Part shown: positions 33,257 through 41,545 of the stretch, piece by piece
Numbering within the stretch: the first letter of the stretch is position 1
Layout of the letters: every line of letters begins with the position of its first letter
Assembly: GCF_028368995.1 (NCBI RefSeq)
Contig: NZ_JAQNDL010000001.1
Span: forward strand, 3,168,001-3,232,000
Direction of reading: 5' to 3'
From: Nannocystis bainbridge
GTDB lineage: Bacteria > Myxococcota_A > Polyangia > Nannocystales > Nannocystaceae
Length of the DNA: 64,000 nt
The notes under the pieces: model-generated
Databases searched by the model: none
The model's input: the letters and a program-made list of their open reading frames with translations, nothing else
Told to the model about the DNA's origin: nothing
Translations under genes and position numbers: made by a program

Positions 33257-34945
33257 TCAGGCTCGGGCGCCCAGATGCGGCCGCGCCTGCGCGTAGCACC
33301 ACGCCAGCACCAGCAACAGCGGCACCAGGCTGAGCGGGCCTGGCAGCCCGAGCATTCGCCCGAGGTTCGCCGGCCCGGTGTAGCCGGTGTCCGTCGCCCA
33401 GATCCGCGGCCACGCGTGGCCCCACAGCGGGTCGCCGAACTGCGGCGCCTCCGGGGCCGACGCTGCCAGCAGCAGCGTCAATGCACCCGACAGCAGCGCC
33501 AGGCCCAGCACTGCCCGCGGCACCGCGCGGATCGCCGGCGCCAGCGCCAGCGCCAGGAACGGCAGCATCGGCACGCAGTGGCGCGGGCCGATCGCCGCCC
33601 CGCCGTCCCACATGTAATAGCCGGCGTTGAGCGCCAGGTAGAAGCCGATCACCCCCAGGCACACCGCAGCGACCTGCCTCACCGGCCATGTCCCCGAGGA
33701 CCTGCTCCATGGGCCAGGTGGCCAGCCGCGCAGCTCGCACGCCAGCCCCCACGGCGCCAGCAGCAGCACCGGCGCCAGGTAGAACAGCCCGCGGAACGCC
33801 CCGAACAGCAGCTCCAGCAGCACCCCGGGGTCCGGCGCGTGGATGCCGTAGTTGACGCGCATGCCCTCGGCGAACTCGGCCAGGTAGACGAAATCGTAGC
33901 CGGTCTTGAGCGGGCCGCCGAACGCCACCGAGTGGTAGATCGCCAGGGCGATCGCCGCCGGCGCCCCGCCGAGCGCCGCCACCACGGCGAAGCGGGTCCC
34001 GCGGCGCAGCCAGGCGAACAGCCACAGCAGCGCGACCGGGACCGCCGCCGGGTACTCGCACAGCACCGCCAGCCCGAGGCACATGCCCGTCCCGAAGGCC
34101 ATGGCTGTTCGACCATGTCCCAAGAGGATGCCGGCGAACCCGAGCAGCAGCAGGTCGGCGCACAGCTGGTGGCCGTAGAGCGCCGAGCCGTAGATCAGCG
34201 CCGGGGTCGCCAGCGCGTAGGTCGCCGCCAGCAGCAGCGCCCCGGCGCGGTCGCCGAGGCGGCGCAGCGCCAGCAGGTACAGCGCCAGCGCGCCGAGCAC
34301 CGCGAACACCCCGACCGAGCCCACGCGGCTGACGTACAGCGCGGTCCGGTAGGCCTGGTTGTAGAACAGCCGGTCGCCGGGACGGCGGGCCGCCGGGTCG
34401 CGGTTGGGGTCGCGCGGGTCGAGCGGGACCAGACGGACCTCGGGCGCGTCGGCGCCGACCAGCCGCCCGGCCCCGTAGTAGAGCGCGTAGGCGGGCGCCG
34501 CCAGCAGCGACGTGCCGGGCGCCTTGTCGCTGTAGAAGTGGCCGTCCCGCTGGCTCTTGTCGCCGGTGGTCGCGTGGTAGTCGTCGATGATCGTCGTGCC
34601 CTGCTCGACCAGCGCGCGCGTCAGGGCCAGGCGCGAGTTCTGGTTCCACGCGGGCGGGCCCGAGAAGTACGAGGTCGCGGCGAACACCGCCACGGCGAGC
34701 GGCACCAGCACCGGCGCCTCCGCTCGCACGCTGGCCCGCAGGCTGTCGCCGCGCTCATTGCCTGCGTCGCCGGAGGCTGGCGCTTCGACGTCCGGGCCGC
34801 GCCCTTCGGAACATGTCGCTTCGGACATGTCCTCTCGAACATCTCCGACACTCCACCCCGGGCCTCCCGCCCCTGCCCCTTCGGACAGGCCCTCCGAGCC
34901 TTGCCCGGGGCGGCCCGGGTCGCCGGAGCCTGGCCCTGCGGACAT
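33257..34945 (-). CDS. Polytopic membrane protein, GT-C/ArnT-like glycosyltransferase
   Basis: First-loop WNQNSR...GDKS...FYSDKAPG, about 11 TM helices, LCEY, FGGPLKTGY, RGLF, WDGGAAIGPRH. Start uncertain (34945, 34828 or about 34729). Confidence 0.7.
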   Translation of the reverse strand: MSAGPGSGDPGRPGQGSEGLSEGAGAGGPGWSVGDVREDMSEATCSEGRGPDVEAPASGDAGNERGDSLRASVRAEAPVLVPLAVAVFAATSYFSGPPAWNQNSRLALTRALVEQGTTIIDDYHATTGDKSQRDGHFYSDKAPGTSLLAAPAYALYYGAGRLVGADAPEVRLVPLDPRDPNRDPAARRPGDRLFYNQAYRTALYVSRVGSVGVFAVLGALALYLLALRRLGDRAGALLLAATYALATPALIYGSALYGHQLCADLLLLGFAGILLGHGRTAMAFGTGMCLGLAVLCEYPAAVPVALLWLFAWLRRGTRFAVVAALGGAPAAIALAIYHSVAFGGPLKTGYDFVYLAEFAEGMRVNYGIHAPDPGVLLELLFGAFRGLFYLAPVLLLAPWGLACELRGWPPGPWSRSSGTWPVRQVAAVCLGVIGFYLALNAGYYMWDGGAAIGPRHCVPMLPFLALALAPAIRAVPRAVLGLALLSGALTLLLAASAPEAPQFGDPLWGHAWPRIWATDTGYTGPANLGRMLGLPGPLSLVPLLLVLAWCYAQARPHLGARA

Positions 34946-34958
34946 GTCTCTCAGGCCT
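34800..34958. repeat. Cluster of 14-bp-phased TGTCC-N4-GGACA-family units
   Basis: 34800/34814/34828 in tandem (including TGTCG-CTTC-GGACA and TGTCC-TCTC-GAACA), TGCCC-CTTC-GGACA 34874, TGGCC-CTGC-GGACA 34931. Confidence 0.8.
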
Positions 34959-35898
34959 GCGCCCGGGCGCTGGCCTCGACCACCAGCGCCCCGAGCTCTT
35001 GCTGGGCCCGCTCCGCGGCGGACGCCTCGGGGCACTGGGCCAGGCGCTGCAGCACCTGGTAGGCCCCGGCGTAGCGGCGGGCCGGGTCGCGATCGAGGTT
35101 CTTGCGCACGATCTCGGCCAGCTTGGCCGACAGCCCGGGCAGGCGGCGGCTCGGGTGACCGGCGTCGAACTTGACGATCGCGTCCATCGTCTTGAGGTCG
35201 TCGTCGGCCTTGAAGCAGCGCTGGCCCTTCAGCATCTCCCACAGCATCACGGCCAGGCCGAAGATGTCCGAAGAGACAGTCGCGGCCGCCGTCCCGACCA
35301 CCCGCTCCGGGGCCATGTACGCCTTCGAGCCGGCCTGCGACATGTCGCTCTCGCGGGCCAGCCAGATGCTGGTCGCCGAGTTGTAATCGGCCAGCATGAC
35401 CTGGCCGGTGCGCGACAGCAGCACGTTGGCCGGGCAGATGTCGCGGTGGACCACGCCCAGCTCGACCAGCTTGCCCTTGTCCTCGGCCTCGGCGGTGTGC
35501 ACGTGGTGCAGCGCGTCGGCCAGCTGGCCCATGATGTAGACCGCGATCTCTTTGCTGACGCCGCGCGGATGGCCGACGTCGTGGCCGAGCAGCACGCTCA
35601 GGTCGCAGCCGTCGATCGCGTCGAGGACGAGATAGCGCACGCCGTTCTGCGCGCCCTCGCCGTGCGCGCTCGGGATGCCCGGGTGATTGAACGACTGATA
35701 GAGCCGGATCTCGTGCTCGAATTGAGCGGCCAATATCGCGTGCTCCGGGCCCGAGCCGGACGGCAGCAGCTTGACGACGTAGGACGGCGGCGCTGTCTGC
35801 GGGTCGTCCTCGTGGCGCGCGAGGAACAGGTGGAACACCGAGCTGCGCACCGCGAGCGGCCGGACCAGACGGAACTTGCCGAGACTCTGGAGCTCCAT
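34951..35898 (-). CDS. Atypical Ser/Thr protein kinase
   Basis: VVKLL, HRDICPAN, LADYN in place of DFG, YMAPE, SDIFGL, DPARRY. No Gly-rich loop. Confidence 0.85.
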   Translation of the reverse strand: MELQSLGKFRLVRPLAVRSSVFHLFLARHEDDPQTAPPSYVVKLLPSGSGPEHAILAAQFEHEIRLYQSFNHPGIPSAHGEGAQNGVRYLVLDAIDGCDLSVLLGHDVGHPRGVSKEIAVYIMGQLADALHHVHTAEAEDKGKLVELGVVHRDICPANVLLSRTGQVMLADYNSATSIWLARESDMSQAGSKAYMAPERVVGTAAATVSSDIFGLAVMLWEMLKGQRCFKADDDLKTMDAIVKFDAGHPSRRLPGLSAKLAEIVRKNLDRDPARRYAGAYQVLQRLAQCPEASAAERAQQELGALVVEASARAQA

Positions 35899-35986
35899 GG
35901 GCGAGCTGAGTGTGCCGCCCGCAGATCCGCGTGTCCATCGCCGAGTGCGAGGCGCCGCCCGCCCGGACCTGCTACAAGAGCGGCCC

Positions 35987-37321
35987 ATGTCATCGCCCCC
36001 GCGAACGCCGCTCGTGGTGCTGGGAGCCGGCCTGACCGGGCTCTCGGCGGCCTGGCACGCGCGCGGGCCGGTGCTGGTGGTCGAGCGCGAGGCTCGCGTC
36101 GGCGGCCACGCCCGCAGCCACCGCCGCGACGGCTTCACGTTCGACGTCACCGGGCACTGGCTGCACCTGCGCGACCCGTCGGTGCGGGCGCTCGTCGAGG
36201 GTCTGTTCGGGCCCGGCGAGCTCGCCAGCGTGGCGCGCCGCACCTGCATCCACAGCCACGGCGTGCAGCTGCCGTACCCGTTCCAGGCCAACCTTCACGG
36301 CCTGCCGCTCGAGGTCGTGCAGGAGTGTCTGGTCGGCTACGTGGCGGCGCGCGAGCAGGCGGCGACGGGCGCGCCGGAGCCGCAGAGCTTCGTCGGCTAC
36401 GCCGAGGCTCGCTTCGGCGCGGGGATCGCCAAGCACTTCTTCGTCCCGTACAACCGCAAGTTGTGGGGTGAGCACCTCGAACGGCTGACCGCCGAGTGGG
36501 TCTCGCGCTACATCCCGGTCCCCGACACCGCGCAGGTGATCGGCGGCGCCATCGGCCTGGCGCAGGAGGGCCTCGGCTACAACGCCAGCTTCCTCGTCCC
36601 GACGGCCGGGGGCATCGACGCGGTGCCGGAGCGAATGCGCGCGGGCCTCGCCGAGCGGCCCGAGGTCGAGCTGCGGCTCGGCAGCGACATCGACGAGGTC
36701 GACGTCGTCGGTCGACGTCTCAAGCTCGCCGCCGAGGCCGACTGGCGCAGCTACGACGCCCTCGTCTCGAGCATCCCGTTGCCCGAGCTCGTGCGCCGGA
36801 TCCCCGCCGCGCCGGACGACGTCCGCGACGCCGCCGGCGCCCTCCGCTACGTCCGCTGGCGCTACCTCGACATCGCCGTCGGCGCCCCGCCGCCGAGCGA
36901 CTATCACTGGGTCTACGTGCCCGAGCCGCGCCTGCCGTTCTTCCGCGTCGGCGTCTACTCGAACGCCGCCCCGCGCATGGCCCCTCCGGGCTGCAGCGGG
37001 CTCTACGTCGAGCTGAACGAGCGGACAGGTCCGATCGACCTCGCCGCCGTCTACGCCGGCCTCGTCGAGGTCGGCGCGCTGCGGGCCGCGGAGGACGTCC
37101 GCTTCGTCGAGGTCCGCGTCGTCGAGCACGCCTACGTCGTCTTCGACGCCGCCTACGCCGCCGCGCGGGCCACCGTCCTCGGCTGGCTCGAAGGCCAGGC
37201 CATCCTCAGCTGCGGCCGCTACGGCGGGTGGATCTACAACAGCATGGAAGACTGTCTGCTGGCCGGGCGCGCGGCGAGCGAGTGGGCGGCCGCGCGGCTC
37301 GCCGGACAGGAGCCGCGATGA
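35987..37321 (+). CDS. FAD-dependent oxidoreductase (protoporphyrinogen oxidase / UDP-galactopyranose mutase-like)
   Basis: LGAGLTGLSAA, VGGHARS...GFTFD.TGH, PYNRKLWG, CGRYGGW.YNSMED. Confidence 0.85.
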   Translation: MSSPPRTPLVVLGAGLTGLSAAWHARGPVLVVEREARVGGHARSHRRDGFTFDVTGHWLHLRDPSVRALVEGLFGPGELASVARRTCIHSHGVQLPYPFQANLHGLPLEVVQECLVGYVAAREQAATGAPEPQSFVGYAEARFGAGIAKHFFVPYNRKLWGEHLERLTAEWVSRYIPVPDTAQVIGGAIGLAQEGLGYNASFLVPTAGGIDAVPERMRAGLAERPEVELRLGSDIDEVDVVGRRLKLAAEADWRSYDALVSSIPLPELVRRIPAAPDDVRDAAGALRYVRWRYLDIAVGAPPPSDYHWVYVPEPRLPFFRVGVYSNAAPRMAPPGCSGLYVELNERTGPIDLAAVYAGLVEVGALRAAEDVRFVEVRVVEHAYVVFDAAYAAARATVLGWLEGQAILSCGRYGGWIYNSMEDCLLAGRAASEWAAARLAGQEPR

Positions 37322-38052
37322 ACGCCACGGCTGCACCCGAGGTCAGCATCGTCATCCCCGTCTACAACGAAGAGGCGATCCTCCGCGACAGCGTCCTCGA
37401 GCTGGTGCGAGGCCTCGACGCCGAGGGGCGAGACTTCGAGCTGTGGCTGGCGGAGAACGGCAGCCGCGACCGCACGCGCGAGCTCGCCGCCGAGCTCGCC
37501 GCGCTCGATCCGCGGGTGAAGTGGTTCTCGTGCCCGGCGCCGAATTACGGGGCCGCGCTGCGCATGGCGATCGAGCAAGCGGCGGGTCGCTTCGTGATCT
37601 GCGAAGAGATCGATCTGTGCGACCTCGATTTCCACCGGCGCGCGCTGGCGCTGCTGCGCGCCGGCACGGCCGACCTCGTGGTGGGTTCGAAGGCGATGGC
37701 GGGCGCGCATGATCGCCGGCCGCTCGGTCGCCGCGCCGCCACGCGGGCCTACAATGGGCTCTTGCGGGTCACGCTCGGTTACCGCGGCACCGACACGCAC
37801 GGGCTCAAGGCGTTTCGCCGCGCCGCGCTGTTGCCGGTGGTCGCCCGCTGCATCGTCGGCCACGACGTGTTCGCCTCGGAGCTGGTGATCCGGGCCCAGC
37901 GCGAGGGCGTGCCGATCACCGAGATCCCCGTCGAGCTGGAAGAGAAGCGCGCGCCGTCGATCCACCTGGCGCGGCGGGTGCCGCGGGTGCTGAAGAACCT
38001 GGCGCGACTGATGGCCGCGATCCACCTCGGACGCGGCGCCAAGGAGCGGTGA
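37318..38052 (+). CDS. Glycosyltransferase family 2 (polyprenol-phosphate sugar synthase-like)
   Basis: SIVIPVYNEE, ENGSRDRT, NYGAAL, EIDL, VVGSK, DTHGLKAF. ATGA overlap with the upstream gene. Confidence 0.88.
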   Translation: MNATAAPEVSIVIPVYNEEAILRDSVLELVRGLDAEGRDFELWLAENGSRDRTRELAAELAALDPRVKWFSCPAPNYGAALRMAIEQAAGRFVICEEIDLCDLDFHRRALALLRAGTADLVVGSKAMAGAHDRRPLGRRAATRAYNGLLRVTLGYRGTDTHGLKAFRRAALLPVVARCIVGHDVFASELVIRAQREGVPITEIPVELEEKRAPSIHLARRVPRVLKNLARLMAAIHLGRGAKER

Positions 38053-38945
38053 TGACGACCGAGCTGCGCGGTACGATCCTCAGCGTCGACCTCGACGACC
38101 TCGCCTGCTACCACGCGATCCACGGCCTGCCGCCGCCGACGCCCGAGCAGGCCGACGTGGTGCTCGGGCGCTGCCTGCCGCGCTTCCTCCGGCTGTTCGG
38201 CGAGACCGGCGCGCGCGCCACCTTCTTCGTGGTCGGCCGCGACCTCGAGCGCGACATGCAGGGCCCCGGCCACGGCGCCGCGCTGCTCGGCCTCGCCGCG
38301 CAGTCGGGGCACGAGCTCGGCAACCACAGCTACAGCCACGCCTACGACCTCGTCGACTGGCCTTCGGGACAGGTCTATCAGGACCTGCGGCGCTGCGACG
38401 ACCTGCTGCGCAAGCTCGGCGCCGAGCCGCGGGGCTTCCGTGCGCCGGGCTACAGCCACGACGAGCTGCTCCTGCAGCAGGCCGGCGCGCTCGGCTACCG
38501 CTACGACAGCTCGCTGCTGCCGTCGCTGCCGTACTACGCGGCCAAGCTGGCGGCCATGGCGTGGATCCGTGTGCGCGGGCGGCGGTCGCAGTCGCGGGCC
38601 CGCGGGCTGCGGAGCTTCGTCGGCCCGGCGCATCCCTACTACCGGGCGGACGTCGGGATGTGGGAGGTGCCGATCAGCGTCAGCCCGCTGCTGCGCCTGC
38701 CGATGGTCGGGACCTTCGTGCTGCGCGGCGGGCCGCTCTACCGCGAGGCGCTGCGGATCCCCGCGCTGCACCTCGAGCTGCACGCGCTCGATCTCGCCGA
38801 CCCCGACAACGACCCGATCGATCCCGCGCTGCGCAAGCGGCAGCCCGAGCTGCGGACCCCGCTCGAACAGCGGCTCGCGCGGCTGCGCGAGCTGATCAAA
38901 CAGCGGGGAGGGGCGACTTCGATCGCCGCCGCGTTCGGGTCCTAG
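38049..38945 (+). CDS. Polysaccharide deacetylase family protein
   Basis: SVDLDD, ATFFVVG, HELGNHSYSH, GFRAPGY, YDSS. Confidence 0.88.
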   Translation: MMTTELRGTILSVDLDDLACYHAIHGLPPPTPEQADVVLGRCLPRFLRLFGETGARATFFVVGRDLERDMQGPGHGAALLGLAAQSGHELGNHSYSHAYDLVDWPSGQVYQDLRRCDDLLRKLGAEPRGFRAPGYSHDELLLQQAGALGYRYDSSLLPSLPYYAAKLAAMAWIRVRGRRSQSRARGLRSFVGPAHPYYRADVGMWEVPISVSPLLRLPMVGTFVLRGGPLYREALRIPALHLELHALDLADPDNDPIDPALRKRQPELRTPLEQRLARLRELIKQRGGATSIAAAFGS

Positions 38946-39609
38946 AGTCCTCGCGGCGGACGGCCATGGTCGCCAGCGCGTCGGCCTCTTCGTTGCCCGG
39001 CTGGCCGGCGTGGCCGCGGACCTTGAGCAGCTCGACGCCAGTGAACTCGGCGAGCTTCTCTTTGATCTTCTCGATGAGCTCGAGATTGGCCTTGGCCTTC
39101 CAGCCGCCGACCAGCACGCCGAGGCTCCAGCCGCTGTCGGTAAAGAGGAGGACGTGCGCGTCCTTGTCCTCGGGGCGCAGCATTTCGAGCGCGCGCAGGA
39201 TGGCCGTCAGCTCGGCGACGTTGTTGGTGCCCTCGCCGATGAACTCACTGTGCTCGACCGCCTCCTCGCCGCGCTCGATGAGCACGCCGATGCCGGCCGG
39301 GCCGGGGTTGCCGCTGCAGGCGCCGTCGGTATGGATGATGATGGTATCGTCCGTCGGCGCGCGCGTCGGCTCCTCGCGGACCACCTGAACCGTGGCGGCG
39401 GGGGTCGGAGTCCCCGAGAACGCGTCATCGGAGAGGATCTCGGTGTCATCCGGGATCTCGATGAGGTTGTCGGGCGTCGCGCGATACGACTTGCTGGCAC
39501 CCAGGCGGTACCGCATCTCGATCCGGCCGCGATGAACGATGGGTTTGCCGGACGCGAGGACGCGGACGAACACCGTTTGATCCTTGAAAACGAAGCGTTT
39601 CCACGCCAT
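38896..39609 (-). CDS. rnhA: Ribonuclease HI with extra N-terminal domain
   Basis: HTDGACSGNPGPAGIG, TNNVAELTAI, FTDS, KVRGHAG..GNEEADALA. Confidence 0.9.
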   Translation of the reverse strand: MAWKRFVFKDQTVFVRVLASGKPIVHRGRIEMRYRLGASKSYRATPDNLIEIPDDTEILSDDAFSGTPTPAATVQVVREEPTRAPTDDTIIIHTDGACSGNPGPAGIGVLIERGEEAVEHSEFIGEGTNNVAELTAILRALEMLRPEDKDAHVLLFTDSGWSLGVLVGGWKAKANLELIEKIKEKLAEFTGVELLKVRGHAGQPGNEEADALATMAVRREDSRTRTRRRSKSPLPAV

Positions 39610-39791
39610 GTACGAGCTCCGACCAGGCCCCCCGGGAGGCCGCTGGTTGCGCTGCAGCCTACGGCCGCGCTGCAGAATTGGGCAGGTTGGATCACTGTCC
39701 GCCGACCGGCGGAAAGACACATCCTCACCCGGCCTGAGCCCGGGTTATTTTGGTTGATCGATTAAATTTCGTGGCGTATTAGTGCCCCGTT

Positions 39792-40838
39792 ATGAAGCGG
39801 ACGATCCTCACGACCCTCGCTGCCACTGCGCTCCTCGCGATCCCCGCCTGCAAGGGCGGAGCGAGCGCCGCCGGCGGCAAGCTCATCCCCGAGCAAGCCA
39901 CCATCATGGCCGGCATCGACGTCGGCGGCTTGCTCAAGAGCAGGCTGTACGCCGACAACAAGGCTGTTGCCGAGTCGCAGGCCGGCTACAAGGACGTTGT
40001 TGAGGCCGCGAAGGCCTGCAACCTCGATCCCGAGAAGGCGATCACCTCTGTCCTGATCGGCACCGACGCGAAGGACGGCGTCGCGGTCGTGGTCACCGGC
40101 ACCGGTATCGGCGACGAGAAGAACCTGACCTGTATCGCCGACAAGGCCAAGGAGAAGAACGGCGGCAAGGTCCCGTTCACGATCGCCGACGAGGGCGGCA
40201 AGAAGACGCTGAAGATGGACGACGGCACCGGCTACATCGTCGACGCCGGCACGGTCGTGATCGCCAGCAAGCCGTGGGCCGCCGCGGTCAAGGATCTCGT
40301 CGATGGCAAGGGCAAGGCCGCCGTCGATGGTCCGCACAAGGATCTGTTCACCCGCGCCGACCAGAGCCGCCACATTTGGTTCGCGGGCGTCGCCCCCGAG
40401 CAGCTCGCCGGCATGGCCAAGGGCCAGGCGCAGGTCGACGTGAAGGACTTCTCGGGCTCGATCGACCTGAGCGACGGCCTCGGCGTCAAGCTCGCCGCCG
40501 GCCTCGGCTCGGCCGAGCAGGCCTCGGGCCTCAAGAAGAAGGCCGACGAGGCGCTGCCGATGGCGAAGATGGGCCTGGCGATGGTCGGCCTGCCCGCCAC
40601 GGTCGCCGACACCGTCAAGATCGACGCCAAGGACGCCCTCCTCACCTTCGAGATCTCGCTGAGCGCCAGCGACCTCAAGACCCTGCAGGAGAAGGCCGGC
40701 GGCCTCGGTGGCCTCGTCGGCGGTGGCGCTGGCGGCCCCCCCCCGGGTGAGCCGGCCCTCCCGCCCCCGGATGCCGCGCCGGCCGACCCGGCCGCGGTGC
40801 CGCCCCCGGCCGACCCGGCCGCCGCGCCCGCGCACTGA
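39792..40838 (+). CDS. Hypothetical lipoprotein with Pro/Ala-rich C-terminus
   Basis: MKRTILTTLAATALLAIPAC lipoprotein signal and strong codon bias. Confidence 0.8.
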   Translation: MKRTILTTLAATALLAIPACKGGASAAGGKLIPEQATIMAGIDVGGLLKSRLYADNKAVAESQAGYKDVVEAAKACNLDPEKAITSVLIGTDAKDGVAVVVTGTGIGDEKNLTCIADKAKEKNGGKVPFTIADEGGKKTLKMDDGTGYIVDAGTVVIASKPWAAAVKDLVDGKGKAAVDGPHKDLFTRADQSRHIWFAGVAPEQLAGMAKGQAQVDVKDFSGSIDLSDGLGVKLAAGLGSAEQASGLKKKADEALPMAKMGLAMVGLPATVADTVKIDAKDALLTFEISLSASDLKTLQEKAGGLGGLVGGGAGGPPPGEPALPPPDAAPADPAAVPPPADPAAAPAH

Positions 40839-40887
40839 GCCGCGTCGCCGCGCGCTTGCGCCGCGGCCGTGGATCCTCTAAAGAGTC

Positions 40888-40929
40888 GCGACCCTCTCAA
40901 CCTTCCCGGTCGAGAGGGTCGCTCCTTTT
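40888..40929 (+). terminator. Intrinsic terminator
   Basis: GCGACCCTCTC...GAGAGGGTCGC stem followed by TCCTTTT. Confidence 0.65.
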
Positions 40930-41003
40930 CGGGCCTGCATCGTCAGGCCCGGAACCACCACCTTCGTAGCTGCTGATGGCGGCGAATATCGAGGCGGATC
41001 GTA

Positions 41004-41420
41004 ATGCCCAAGACCACACCCCTGCAAAACGTCAAGAAGCTCTTCGGATCCAAGGACCAGCTCGTCGCCCGCGTGGCCGAGCTCCTGCCCAGCGCCTTCT
41101 CGGGCGAGTCGGCCGAGGACTTCAAGAAGCGCCTGAAGTACGTCGCCAACAGCAAGCTGCTCCGCCTCATCGAGATCGGTGAGAAGGCCAAGAAGCTCGG
41201 CGGCGTCCAGGCCCTCGTCGACAAGATCGCCGAGCTCAAGGGCCAGGCCAAGGACAAGGACTTCAAGGCCGCGCTCGCCAAGTTCAGCGTGCCCAGCCTC
41301 GTCGACCTCCACCAGAGCCTCACCCGCAAGGGCAAGCAGGCCGAGAAGACCGAGAAGCCGGTCGAGGCCAAGGCCCCCAAGAAGGCCGAGGCGAAGAAGA
41401 CCGACAAGAAGAAGGCCTGA
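41004..41420 (+). CDS. Small Lys-rich basic protein with internal duplication and H1-like tail
   Basis: 138 aa, GAGG SD, strong codon bias, tail KTEKPVEAKAPKKAEAKKTDKKKA. Confidence 0.8.
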   Translation: MPKTTPLQNVKKLFGSKDQLVARVAELLPSAFSGESAEDFKKRLKYVANSKLLRLIEIGEKAKKLGGVQALVDKIAELKGQAKDKDFKAALAKFSVPSLVDLHQSLTRKGKQAEKTEKPVEAKAPKKAEAKKTDKKKA

Positions 41421-41425
41421 GGACC

Positions 41426-41527
41426 TGTCCTTCAGGACAGCCCTCGGGAGGGCCGCGGCACACGCCGCGGCCCTTCGCGCTTTCGGGATCCCAACCCGCC
41501 GGAGGTCACCGCATGTCCCTCGGGACA
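41426..41527. repeat. Two perfect TGTCC-N4-GGACA sites flanking a GC hairpin
   Basis: TGTCC-TTCA-GGACA 41426, hairpin 41449-41474, TGTCC-CTCG-GGACA 41514. Confidence 0.85.
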
Positions 41528-41545
41528 GGCGAGACCTCCGCGGCC

